Assembly (NCBI GenBank): GCA_001875345.1
Contig: MIZA01000001.1
Coordinates: forward strand, 3,340 to 67,339
Origin: Marine Group III euryarchaeote CG-Epi1
GTDB taxonomy: Archaea; Thermoplasmatota; Poseidoniia; MGIII; CG-Epi1
Length of the DNA stretch: 64,000 nucleotides
Reading direction: 5' to 3'
The translations under genes were made by a program, and so were the position numbers. Positions 44,774 to 54,380 of the stretch are shown here, one piece after another (position 1 is the stretch's first letter; every line of letters begins with the position of its first letter). Below the pieces are notes generated by a model, which saw only the letters and a program-made list of their open reading frames with translations, did not search any database and had not been told where the DNA came from.

Positions 44774-47425
44774 ATGGAACAACTAGATGTCCTTGCTAAA
44801 CAAGTAAATCGTAACCCTTCTGTAGTAATTGGAGCTATAATGATTGTAACTGCAATCATGTTTACTATTTTAGTCACAGCACCTGAGGCTGGAGACCCAA
44901 GTCAGTCTGGATTCATACCTGAAAATGAAGTTGTTGACGCTATGACCGATATTGGTGAAAAGTTCAGTACTGAATACTCCGTTGTAACGCTAATAAAATC
45001 TGATGATGTAATATCCTCATCAACATTTGTCGATATATTAGAACTTCAGATAGCATTCACTGAGGACGAAGATATTTCTAACAGTTTAACCGACCAGCAA
45101 ACAAAGGCAAACAGTATTATTTCCTTACCAAACTCATTAGCTTCACAATTCAATGTCAGTAGTGCTAATTTATCTGAATTAAAATCTCTTTACGAGGGCA
45201 AAAGTGATCAGGAAATTAAATCTGCACTACAAAATGCAATTGAAGACCCTTATGCAGGAGCTGCAATTATCCCATTACTTGGAGAATTTGATGAAAACTC
45301 TACAACTGCCAAATCTACAATAATTACGCTGAAGCTGGACAACAGTAACCGTGAAGGTGAAAACTCAGTTCAAGCTCTAGAAAGAGTTGCTAAGGTAGAA
45401 AACGTAATGGGCACTATTTCAATGGACTATCGTGAAAACGTATTCACTGGAACAAGTGCATATTCTCTAGGTCAAGGCGCAATGGATGCTGAAATTAACT
45501 CTCAATTTGAAGAAGATATTGGAAGCAGACTAATGCCATTTGTTTTAGGTTTCATATTACTAGTATTATATTTAACTTTCAGATCTAGAATTGATATGCT
45601 ACTGACTCTGGTAGCTCTATTCATTTCCATAATTTGGACCTTTGCTTTTGGAGTTATACTTGATTTTGAACCTAGTTTTTTCTTAACTATAATACCTATA
45701 CTTTTGATTGGATTAGGCGTAGATTATGGAATCCACCTTACTATGAGATACAGAGAAGGTGTTGTTGAAAATGGTGATATTGACAAGGCCAATAAGACTG
45801 CAATTATTTCTGTTGGTTCTGCTTTATTATTTGCTACAATTACAACCATGATTGGTTTCTTTTCAAATCTATCCTCTGAAATAGTACCAATAAAAGAATT
45901 TGGTATACAAACTGGATTAGGTATTTTATCTGCATTTATTATCTTTGTAACTTTCCTTCCTGCCTGTAGAATAGTTATTGATAGGTACTACGAAAGCAAA
46001 GGTAAAAATGTTCTTTCTCAAACAAATATTGATATTATTAAAGCTAAAAAAATGGGGAGCGAAAGTGATGCAATATCCGATAAATTTATGAGTATTGGAT
46101 CTATTTTGGCTCTGAAGTATCCTGAAAAAACACTTGCATTTTTTGTAGTTTTAACACTTATTGCAGGGTATGGTGGAAGCCAAATTTCATCTGAATTCAA
46201 TGCTGAAGACTTCTTGCCGCAAGAAGTAGAAGTTGTAAAACAATTTAACTACTACCAAGATAATTTTGGAGCTTCGGCTGGTGAAGTATCATTCATTTAC
46301 ATTAGTGGCGAAAATTTAGCTACTAATCAAGTTTTCCAAGCTATTGATAATACGCAAGAACAACTTTTGATCGATGATACTTATGTTTCTGGGGATCCAA
46401 ATAACATCTTTTCAGCGTTAAATGGTATGAGAAATCTAGCTTCAAGTGAATCTGGATATTTCTATAATGCAACTTTTGCTGAAATGTTTAATTCAAAAGA
46501 TACAGACAATGATGGAGTACCAGATACCGATGCAGATGTAAAGGAATTATTAGATTGGGTATTCGTAGGAGAAGGTGTAAATCAACCTTCCATGATTAAA
46601 AATTTCATTTATTACGATGAAGAGACTGGAGAATATACTGTTTCGTACATAATGCTTACAACCAAATCTAAGAATGTATTTTATGTTGAGGTAAGTGATG
46701 AATTAAATAAAGACATTAAACCTCTTGAGGATATAGAAACTAGTAGTAAAATTAAGGTAGTTGCTACTGGGCAACCTCCAATATTTGTTGTAGTTATGGA
46801 CACAATAACTGCAACTATGATTCAATCGATTTTGTACACTATTGCATTGTCATCTTTAGTTTTGACAGCAGTTTTCTGGTTTAACGATGGTCAACCTCTA
46901 CTAGGCATTCTAACCATTATTCCAGTTTTATTAGTTCTTACATGGATTTTGGGAACAATGGTAGTTATTGGATATACTCTTAATGTAATGACTACGCTTA
47001 TTGGGGCTTTAACTATTGGCTTGGGTGTTACTTATGCAATACATATTTCACATAGATTCATAGAAGAGTTAGAAGAACACCATTCCTTAGAAAAGGCAGT
47101 CAATAATACTGTGAAAAATACTGGTTTCTCACTATTTGGTGCTGCAATGACTACTGTTTTATCTTTCGGAGTTTTATCCCAATCGATATTAGTTCCAATG
47201 CAGCAATTCGGTACAATTACTGCTTTAACAATTTTGTTTTCATTCTTGTCTTCTGTTTGGGTTCTACCAAGTATTTTAGTTCTCTGGGCTAGACAAGCTG
47301 GATTAACTGAGCATTCTAATGAACATGAAAATAAGATTCCGGAGCCAAAAGAAAAGCTCGAAAACGATGATATTGAACCAAAGGTAAAAATGGCTACAAC
47401 TGATGACGAGTCAGAAGAAGAATAA
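44774..47425 (+). CDS. RND-superfamily MMPL/HAE3-type exporter
   Basis: Two 6-TM halves carry GLGVDYGIHLTMRYREG and GLGVTYAIHISHRFIEE. The C-terminus is acidic. Confidence 0.75.
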   Translation: MEQLDVLAKQVNRNPSVVIGAIMIVTAIMFTILVTAPEAGDPSQSGFIPENEVVDAMTDIGEKFSTEYSVVTLIKSDDVISSSTFVDILELQIAFTEDEDISNSLTDQQTKANSIISLPNSLASQFNVSSANLSELKSLYEGKSDQEIKSALQNAIEDPYAGAAIIPLLGEFDENSTTAKSTIITLKLDNSNREGENSVQALERVAKVENVMGTISMDYRENVFTGTSAYSLGQGAMDAEINSQFEEDIGSRLMPFVLGFILLVLYLTFRSRIDMLLTLVALFISIIWTFAFGVILDFEPSFFLTIIPILLIGLGVDYGIHLTMRYREGVVENGDIDKANKTAIISVGSALLFATITTMIGFFSNLSSEIVPIKEFGIQTGLGILSAFIIFVTFLPACRIVIDRYYESKGKNVLSQTNIDIIKAKKMGSESDAISDKFMSIGSILALKYPEKTLAFFVVLTLIAGYGGSQISSEFNAEDFLPQEVEVVKQFNYYQDNFGASAGEVSFIYISGENLATNQVFQAIDNTQEQLLIDDTYVSGDPNNIFSALNGMRNLASSESGYFYNATFAEMFNSKDTDNDGVPDTDADVKELLDWVFVGEGVNQPSMIKNFIYYDEETGEYTVSYIMLTTKSKNVFYVEVSDELNKDIKPLEDIETSSKIKVVATGQPPIFVVVMDTITATMIQSILYTIALSSLVLTAVFWFNDGQPLLGILTIIPVLLVLTWILGTMVVIGYTLNVMTTLIGALTIGLGVTYAIHISHRFIEELEEHHSLEKAVNNTVKNTGFSLFGAAMTTVLSFGVLSQSILVPMQQFGTITALTILFSFLSSVWVLPSILVLWARQAGLTEHSNEHENKIPEPKEKLENDDIEPKVKMATTDDESEEE

Positions 47426-47426
47426 A

Positions 47427-48140
47427 TTAGAATTTACTAATTAACTCTAGTACAAGTCTTTCACAAGAATTGAGATCACTATCGTTAGACGATCTCAAAA
47501 CTATAGTAGCACCGTAAACTCCATCTCTAGAGAAGGGATAACTACCGACAGACACATTTGAAAATTGCTCTTGAATTATAGTTAATTCTTCTGCAAAAAA
47601 ACTTTCTCCAACCATAATATCATGTGATCTAGAGTTAACTACATCTCCAGCCTCAAGATAATCATACATTCCCTCTAACATTCCTTGCATTATTTTTGGA
47701 ATACCTGCCATAACAAAAACATTACCTATCTTGTAACCAGGTGCCTTAGTAACTGGACTGTAAATTAATTCACCTCCCACTGGAATACGAAGCATCTTGA
47801 GTAGTGGTTCCGTTAATTCCTTGCCGTCAAGAAATTCCTTCATCTTTTCTAATGCATCATCATCAATTTTAGCTTCAACGCCAAATGCCTTAGCAACACA
47901 TTCTGTTGTAATGTCATCATGTGTTGGACCTATACCTCCAGTTGTGAAGACATAATCATATTTTTTTCTTAAGGAATTTAATGCACCAATAATAGCCCCC
48001 TCGTCGTCTAAAACAACTCTAACCTCAGATAAAGAAATACCTAATTTACCTAGCCACTTAGCCAAATATGCTAAATTTTTATCTTCTGTACGTCCTGAAA
48101 GAATTTCATCTCCAATTATAATCAAAGATGCTTGTTTCAC
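47427..48140 (-). CDS. CinA-N / MoCF-biosynthesis-domain protein
   Basis: ASLIIIGDEILSGRTEDKN and TTGGIGPTHDDIT are MoaB/Mog/CinA-type motifs. Confidence 0.7.
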   Translation of the reverse strand: MKQASLIIIGDEILSGRTEDKNLAYLAKWLGKLGISLSEVRVVLDDEGAIIGALNSLRKKYDYVFTTGGIGPTHDDITTECVAKAFGVEAKIDDDALEKMKEFLDGKELTEPLLKMLRIPVGGELIYSPVTKAPGYKIGNVFVMAGIPKIMQGMLEGMYDYLEAGDVVNSRSHDIMVGESFFAEELTIIQEQFSNVSVGSYPFSRDGVYGATIVLRSSNDSDLNSCERLVLELISKF

Positions 48141-48970
48141 AATTTTTCCAATTCTTCAATTCTCTTTTCCATTGGAGGGTGTGTTGAGAACATGTTGATG
48201 AAAAATTCTCCACCTCTTAATGGATTTACAATGCACATTGCTGCATTACTTGGCGAACCGCAATCCAATGGCGCTCTAATATTTCCCCTTTCTAATTTCT
48301 TCAATGCGCTAATCAAAGCCCATGGTTTGTTAGTCAATTTAGCTGCAGTCGCATCAGCGTGGTATTCTCTTGAACGAGATACTGCCATCTGAAGTAAAAA
48401 TGCGGCCAAGGGTGCAGTTATGGCTACTAGAATCATAATCCCTGGGTGAACATTTCGGTTTCGTCCACCGAACATACTGTTCCACCACATCATTCTAGCT
48501 GCAAAAGATATGAACCCTGCAATTGTAGCTGCAACACACATAACTAATGTATCTCTATTTTTTACATGAGCCATTTCATGAGCCATTACACCTTCTAACT
48601 CATTGTCATCAAGAACTGACATTATCCCTGTGGTAGCCGCAACAACTGCATTTTTAGGATTTCTACCTGTTGCAAACGCATTAGGTGTAGCTGAAGGAAC
48701 AATTGCTACTCTTGGCATCGGCAAACCGTTTAAATCTGATATTTTTTTAACAATGCCAAAAAGCCTTGGATTATCGTTTCTTTCAATTACTTTAGCCCCA
48801 TATGCTCTCAAAACAATAGAATCACTGAAAAAATATGAAAATAAATTAATTGCAATTGCTATTATTGAGAAAATAACTATGCCGTAAGATGAGCCTGCTG
48901 CAATAAATCCTACTATCATCATTAGCAACGTTAGCAGAAAGTATAAACCAAATAGACGTAAAAATGCCAT
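48137..48970 (-). CDS. htpX: M48-family membrane protease HtpX
   Basis: HEMAHVKNRD is the HExxH motif. There are four TM segments and the C-terminus reads FSTHPPMEKRI. Confidence 0.85.
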   Translation of the reverse strand: MAFLRLFGLYFLLTLLMMIVGFIAAGSSYGIVIFSIIAIAINLFSYFFSDSIVLRAYGAKVIERNDNPRLFGIVKKISDLNGLPMPRVAIVPSATPNAFATGRNPKNAVVAATTGIMSVLDDNELEGVMAHEMAHVKNRDTLVMCVAATIAGFISFAARMMWWNSMFGGRNRNVHPGIMILVAITAPLAAFLLQMAVSRSREYHADATAAKLTNKPWALISALKKLERGNIRAPLDCGSPSNAAMCIVNPLRGGEFFINMFSTHPPMEKRIEELEKL

Positions 48971-49004
48971 GTATTACGATTTTAACCCCATAAATAAAAT
49001 TTAT

Positions 49005-49721
49005 TCAGTCTACGTAGTGCTCGTATTCTTGATTTTCAAGCATCAGTATGGCTTTCTTTTCAACTTCTGAATCATATCTGAAAACTGGATTAGGGCTTTC
49101 ACCTTGAGGCATTCGTAGGTCATCTAATTTATTATCTGAAAAAGCTCTAACAGCTTCCACCATTAAATTTGAAGCCACGACTGAAGTTTTGTAGCATAAA
49201 TCATGATAATCATCTCCTCTTTTAACTTCTATTTCTCTCTTCCCAACTAAATCTCCTGCATCAATGTCTGTAGAGCAGAAATGACAACTGCTACCTATTT
49301 TTATTCCTTCATGAACGCTCCAAGCTGGAGATGCTGAACCTCTGCACTCAGGCAACAATCCTGGATGTGAGTTTAAGACACCGCCTTTGTTTCCACCGTA
49401 TTCCAATATTTTACCTCTAATTATTCTAGTACCGCCGAATACAATCAAGTCTGGATCAACATTTTCAATGTGCTCCATGCAATGCTCATCATTGTGAATT
49501 GGCACCTGCACAAAGGGAATATTATGCTTTTCAATTTGTGATTTCATAGTTGGAGCTAGTGGATTGGAGCCAAGTCTAAATTCAAACTTTTCCCTCTCTG
49601 TATTCCCACCATCTGATTTCTCCTCAATGATTAAAGAAGGAACAAAGCCTGAATCTATTAACTGGCAAAGCATTTCTCTGCCCCAAGGATGTTCAGTGAT
49701 AGAAAAAAATACAAATTTCAT
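49005..49721 (-). CDS. Formyltransferase-fold protein (Formyl_trans_N-like)
   Basis: VLNSHPGLLPECRGSASPAW matches N-x-H-P-x-LLP-x-x-RG, and DIDAGDLV supplies the catalytic Asp. There is no Fmt C-terminal domain. Confidence 0.6.
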   Translation of the reverse strand: MKFVFFSITEHPWGREMLCQLIDSGFVPSLIIEEKSDGGNTEREKFEFRLGSNPLAPTMKSQIEKHNIPFVQVPIHNDEHCMEHIENVDPDLIVFGGTRIIRGKILEYGGNKGGVLNSHPGLLPECRGSASPAWSVHEGIKIGSSCHFCSTDIDAGDLVGKREIEVKRGDDYHDLCYKTSVVASNLMVEAVRAFSDNKLDDLRMPQGESPNPVFRYDSEVEKKAILMLENQEYEHYVD

Positions 49722-50089
49722 TTTTGTGCAACCACCTTAAATTCTACTGAAATGGGAGTAGGTAAAGAGCCTACTTCAATGGTAGTTCTAGTAACTTCAA
49801 ATCCATCAAGATATTCTGCATAAATTTGATTAAACCTTGAAAAATCATCTTTCATATTCGTTAAAAAAACCATTATATCTACTACGTTTGACATAGACAA
49901 ATTAGCGGCTTCCAAAATAGCTTTTACATTACTAAAAACTGCATGTGTTTGGTCTTCGATTCCCGCTGGAATTTCGTCAGTCTCAGGATGTCTTGGACCC
50001 ACTCCAGATAGAAACACCAAATCGCCAGCTTCTTTAGCGTGAACATATTTTCCCACTGGTTTTGCTGCTTTGTCAGTATTAATCGCCAT
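49718..50089 (-). CDS. RidA/YjgF-family (2-aminomuconate-deaminase-like) protein
   Basis: GDLVFLSGVGPR...IEDQTHAVFSNVKAILEAA...VVDIMVFLTNM...RTTIEVGSLP is the canonical RidA pattern. Confidence 0.8.
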   Translation of the reverse strand: MAINTDKAAKPVGKYVHAKEAGDLVFLSGVGPRHPETDEIPAGIEDQTHAVFSNVKAILEAANLSMSNVVDIMVFLTNMKDDFSRFNQIYAEYLDGFEVTRTTIEVGSLPTPISVEFKVVAQK

Positions 50090-51038
50090 CTCTTTCCTCT
50101 AATGGGCCCATTCCAGGTTGATCATAGAAATCTAAAACTTCCCTATCTCCTTTATAGAATTCAGGATCATCTTCATCATACTCGAGATCTCCTGCAGTAT
50201 CTTCTGCTGGGGTTAATGTTACAACTGCTGCACCTGTTCCACAGATGGGCTCATAAGCTAAAACATTCCCATCGTATAAATTATTTTGACCCATAATAGA
50301 AGCCATAATCCAAAATGGTTTAAAACTTACAACTTTTGGAACTCTTGCTTCGTTATGGAATTGTCTAGATAACTGAGAAACATCTTCTAACCTTCCTTTT
50401 TCTAAATATTCAAGGAATTTTGAATTCCATTCATGATCTTTGAGTGAATGAATTCTATCTTCCTTAGGGTCTATCTCTACAGTATGCAACCTATTTGACA
50501 AAGCTGAAACAACAACTACTGCAGCTTTTTTGCCACTAGCATCAATAGCATCTCGTACTGATTTGCCTAAAACTATACTCTCTGCCCGATTTGCATACAT
50601 ATTACTTGATACAATTATGGCAGGTAATTTATTTTCTGGATTTAATAATTTGAGAGCTACAATTGAGCCAGTATCTATTGGAAATCCATAATAAGAAACT
50701 GTACGGGCATGTAAACCACGCTCTTTACACTTAGTTACAGCTAATTCTGCAAATTCCGGATCCATGCGAAATTTATAATCTATACTGCCCAAGTCATGGA
50801 ATTCTTCGTCAACATAGGTCCATTCAGGTTCAGGATATGCTTGAATTTGGTGACCTAAAATTGAAGGCCAAAAAGTACTGTATAGTACTAAAATTTCAGC
50901 CCCACTTTCTTCAAGTTCTACTCTAGCTTTTTCATAAGCATCACGAACTCTTTGCCATCCTTCATTTTTTTCAGGACAAAGAAGTGGATGAGGCAGGCCT
51001 GGAACTAAAATTCCTTTACAGACGTTATCATCTCTCAT
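50079..51038 (-). CDS. Class III (LigB-type) extradiol dioxygenase subunit, AmnA/AmnB-like
   Basis: The N-terminal GILVPGLPHPLL resembles the LigB-family aPHpP start. It is a paralogue of the upstream gene, which it overlaps by 4 nt. Confidence 0.55.
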   Translation of the reverse strand: MRDDNVCKGILVPGLPHPLLCPEKNEGWQRVRDAYEKARVELEESGAEILVLYSTFWPSILGHQIQAYPEPEWTYVDEEFHDLGSIDYKFRMDPEFAELAVTKCKERGLHARTVSYYGFPIDTGSIVALKLLNPENKLPAIIVSSNMYANRAESIVLGKSVRDAIDASGKKAAVVVVSALSNRLHTVEIDPKEDRIHSLKDHEWNSKFLEYLEKGRLEDVSQLSRQFHNEARVPKVVSFKPFWIMASIMGQNNLYDGNVLAYEPICGTGAAVVTLTPAEDTAGDLEYDEDDPEFYKGDREVLDFYDQPGMGPLEERDGD

Positions 51039-51928
51039 ATCTTGGCCTTTTTAGGATCCCAACCGATTATTGCATTGCCAGTGCCAATTACAGTTCCATA
51101 AGCATGTACTGTAGCCTTGTAATCTGGAAAATCTAATGCACTCATTAACCAAGTCAAACAACCCGCTTCAGTTTCCGCTACAGTTTGCTCAGTGAAATCA
51201 GGCATCAAATCAATTAATTCTTTAGTTTTACCTTCTTTCATTAGATTTATCATTTTCATATCCCAAAGATATTGATTATGATTAGTTATATGCTCCTTAC
51301 TCATGTCTTCAGGAATTTCAGGCTCTGTGGTAAAATGTCGATGAGATAATGAATTACTTGAAAGTAGTAAGGCTTTCTTACCTGAAGCTTCAACGGCTCT
51401 TCGGGTTGCTTTCCCTAATTTTATCATATTAGCTTGCATTAATTCTGAATTAAAATAGAATTTCGAACGATTTGATGAAATGCAAACTATTGGTTTATCC
51501 CACTTCGGATTGACTAAATGACCGCTGGTTATAGTACCGTAATCTATTCTAAAATCTGGATTTTCCATCATCTTCACTAATAGGCCTTCTTCTGCGGCAC
51601 TGTCGTGAATGGCCTTAGACAATTCAACATCTACAGTTAAGTCATAATTATATCTAAATATGTTTGGAAATATAGGATCTACTGATAGTGATTTGAATTT
51701 CTCAACTCCTAGGAAATGAGTACCTACAAATGTCGCCCAGTGGGGTGTGTGAATTATTATAACATCGTAATCTTTTTCAGATAAACTATCTCTTAATCTT
51801 TCATATCCCCAACGAAGTTCTTCCCATCCACCTTCTGCGGTAGCTTCGTTTTGAGGTGGGTTCTCTGCATAAACAAGGTGCGGAGGATGTGGTGCTAGGG
51901 CTCCCATTACAATTTCCCCTTTAGACAT
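51035..51928 (-). CDS. Class III (LigB-type) extradiol dioxygenase subunit, AmnB-like
   Basis: GALAPHPPHLV and IIIHTPHW are LigB-family metal-site motifs. Length is about 300 aa. Confidence 0.6.
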   Translation of the reverse strand: MSKGEIVMGALAPHPPHLVYAENPPQNEATAEGGWEELRWGYERLRDSLSEKDYDVIIIHTPHWATFVGTHFLGVEKFKSLSVDPIFPNIFRYNYDLTVDVELSKAIHDSAAEEGLLVKMMENPDFRIDYGTITSGHLVNPKWDKPIVCISSNRSKFYFNSELMQANMIKLGKATRRAVEASGKKALLLSSNSLSHRHFTTEPEIPEDMSKEHITNHNQYLWDMKMINLMKEGKTKELIDLMPDFTEQTVAETEAGCLTWLMSALDFPDYKATVHAYGTVIGTGNAIIGWDPKKAKI

Positions 51929-51964
51929 GTTTCTACAATTAAACCCAGTTATAAGACAATTAGC

Positions 51965-52933
51965 TTAGTTGATATTGAACAAAAACCAACGTAATATTTG
52001 CTTTTCTAGCCAATAGGATGTATCTCTGGAAACAAAAGCTACATGTCCGCCTTTTTCTGTTGTAAAAAAATTTAGAAAAGGGGAAGATAATTCCTTATCG
52101 GAAGGAAAGCAATCTGGAGGCGATAGTGGATCATCAAGACTATTTAACATGAAAGTGGGGTGATCTATTTCTGTCAAATGTTTTGCTGAGCTAATTTCTT
52201 CATAGAAACTTGAGGCGTCAGGAAAATTAAAATATGGTGCTGTTATTTTCTCATCTAATTCATACAATGTCTTAGATTCAAAGAAAGCATCGTAATCTAC
52301 TTCATCGGGAAATTTTGCTTTCTTAAGTTTATATTTCTCTATAAGTGAGGATACAAAAGATTGCTCATACACTCTTGAAAAACCCTTTGCCATAGCTGTA
52401 ACTCCGGGTTCAATTCTATAATTACCTGAAATTAATGCTGAAGCTAATATTCTTGGCAGATTAGATTTAGGCCTTGAAATGCAATTAGCTAAAATATTAG
52501 CTCCAAAACTATAGCCCACTAAAAAAATAGGCCGATTTTGGTCCTGGTTGCGTACGTACCATATTAATTGTTCTAAATCTTCAGTTTTTCCTGCATTATA
52601 TGTGTAAAATGTATCATTAATAACTCCGGAGCAAGAACGATAATTAATTGCATAGCCGCTCCAACCTAATCTTTGAATTATAGTCATTAATCTAGTAATG
52701 TGAGTTGAGTTTGAGCTCCCTTCAAAACCATGACACGCTATTACTGCTGGACCTTTACCATCAACAATATCAACATCGAAAAAATCGTTATCTGGAGTTT
52801 TCAGCCTTTTTCTACGATAATTTATCTTCTCTCCTTTAAGAAAAATACCCGCATAGATTGATTGCGCATGTGGGTTTCTTAGATGATACGGTAGGCGAAA
52901 TGAAGATAGTTTAAAATTTGCTTTTGATATCAT
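51965..52933 (-). CDS. Alpha/beta hydrolase (YheT/ABHD3-like)
   Basis: VIACHGFEGSSNSTHI and the nucleophile elbow LVGYSFGAN. Confidence 0.65.
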   Translation of the reverse strand: MISKANFKLSSFRLPYHLRNPHAQSIYAGIFLKGEKINYRRKRLKTPDNDFFDVDIVDGKGPAVIACHGFEGSSNSTHITRLMTIIQRLGWSGYAINYRSCSGVINDTFYTYNAGKTEDLEQLIWYVRNQDQNRPIFLVGYSFGANILANCISRPKSNLPRILASALISGNYRIEPGVTAMAKGFSRVYEQSFVSSLIEKYKLKKAKFPDEVDYDAFFESKTLYELDEKITAPYFNFPDASSFYEEISSAKHLTEIDHPTFMLNSLDDPLSPPDCFPSDKELSSPFLNFFTTEKGGHVAFVSRDTSYWLEKQILRWFLFNIN

Positions 52934-52946
52934 TTCTGTAAATTAT

Positions 52947-54380
52947 TTACTCTTTGACACAAATATTTACAGGCTGTGAGAAAAAACTTAGGCTCCAACG
53001 TCCTCCTTCTGTTCCAACACCACTATCCTTTACACCACCGAACGGAACTCGTAAATCTCGATGAAGCCAAGTATTGACCCAAACCATCCCTGTTTCGATC
53101 TTTTCAGCTAATTCTTTTCCTCTTGTAGAATCTGAAGTCCAGACCGAACCTGCTAGCCCGTAATCTGTACAATTTGCCATTTCAATAGCTTCATCATCTG
53201 TTTTAAATTGGTGCAGAGTAACAACGGGGCCAAATATTTCCTCATTAGAAGTTCTACTCTGATAATCAAGATTTGATACTACTGTTGGTTCCAAAAAGGC
53301 CCCTTTATCAAATGGAGAATCTAAATTCGGTATTTTTCCTCCACACAATATTTCTCCGCCCTCTCTTTGGGCTAGATGAATGTAAGATTCCACTTTGTCT
53401 CTATGAGAAAAAGATACTAAAGCACCTAAATCGGAATCGTCTGATGAGGGGTCTCCCACTTTCATGCTCTTAATGTAAGTTACAAATTTTTCTACAAATT
53501 CGTCCCAAATTTTATGTGAAATTAGAATTCGACTACCACATAAGCAAACTTGGCCTTGATTAAGAAAACCCGATCTTGCAATTTCCGGAATAGCTCTATC
53601 AATGTTTACATCATCTAAAACAATTGTTGCATTCTTACCACCCAACTCTAAACTTAATTTTTTGAACATAGGGGCTGCTGTTTCAGCAACTTTCTTACCT
53701 GTAATTGTTCCTCCTGTAAAAGAAATCAAATTAACTTTCGGATGTGATACTATTGTTTGACCGGCTTCATGTCCTAAACCATGAACTATGTTAACAACAC
53801 CCTGCGGCAAGCCTATTTCGTGTATAACTTCTGCAAGAAGATTTGCCGTTAACGGCGTAAGTTCAGAAGGTTTTGCGACTACTGTATTGCCCATAACAAT
53901 CGCGGGTGCTATTTTCCACGATAGAAGATATAAGGGAAGATTCCAAGGAGTTATCAAACCTGCCACTCCCACAGGTTTGTAAATTACGTGATTAGTTGCA
54001 TCATCCATCTCAAACGTTTCACCAACAAAGTCTTTACTGAATTCTGCAAAAAAACGGAAATTGGCAACAGACCTTGATGCATCCACCGCCCTTGCAAGCT
54101 TAATTGGTTTTCCAGTATCTAATGACTCTAGTTTAGCAATCTCTTCTGCACGTGATTCTAATGCATCTGCTATCTTTCCTAGCCAAACTCTTCTATCTTC
54201 TAAATTCAAATTACTCCAATATTCGCGAGCATTGTCTGCAGCCAATACTGCTTTTTGGACATCATCTGGTTTCGAACGTGGAATATTGGCTATAATTTTC
54301 CCTGTAGCTGGATTAATATCTTCAATAGTTTCTTCAGTGCTTACAAAATTACCATTTACGTAATTTTGAACCTTAATCAT
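52947..54380 (-). CDS. NAD-dependent aldehyde dehydrogenase (2-amino/2-hydroxymuconate-semialdehyde dehydrogenase-like)
   Basis: LELGGKNA contains the catalytic Glu, GQVCLCGSRILI contains the catalytic Cys, and EEIFGPV is also typical. Length is 477 aa. Confidence 0.8.
   Translation of the reverse strand: MIKVQNYVNGNFVSTEETIEDINPATGKIIANIPRSKPDDVQKAVLAADNAREYWSNLNLEDRRVWLGKIADALESRAEEIAKLESLDTGKPIKLARAVDASRSVANFRFFAEFSKDFVGETFEMDDATNHVIYKPVGVAGLITPWNLPLYLLSWKIAPAIVMGNTVVAKPSELTPLTANLLAEVIHEIGLPQGVVNIVHGLGHEAGQTIVSHPKVNLISFTGGTITGKKVAETAAPMFKKLSLELGGKNATIVLDDVNIDRAIPEIARSGFLNQGQVCLCGSRILISHKIWDEFVEKFVTYIKSMKVGDPSSDDSDLGALVSFSHRDKVESYIHLAQREGGEILCGGKIPNLDSPFDKGAFLEPTVVSNLDYQSRTSNEEIFGPVVTLHQFKTDDEAIEMANCTDYGLAGSVWTSDSTRGKELAEKIETGMVWVNTWLHRDLRVPFGGVKDSGVGTEGGRWSLSFFSQPVNICVKE

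Noticed and set aside
48132-48887. Plus-strand ORFs of 86 aa and 94 aa (48132-48392 and 48603-48887).
   Set aside because: They are antisense to htpX, which has HEMAH and four TM segments. They are shadow ORFs.
54061-54363. 100-aa plus-strand ORF, together with similar ORFs at 53273-53473 and 53788-53982.
   Set aside because: All are antisense to the aldehyde dehydrogenase gene, which has intact catalytic Glu and Cys motifs. They are shadow ORFs.
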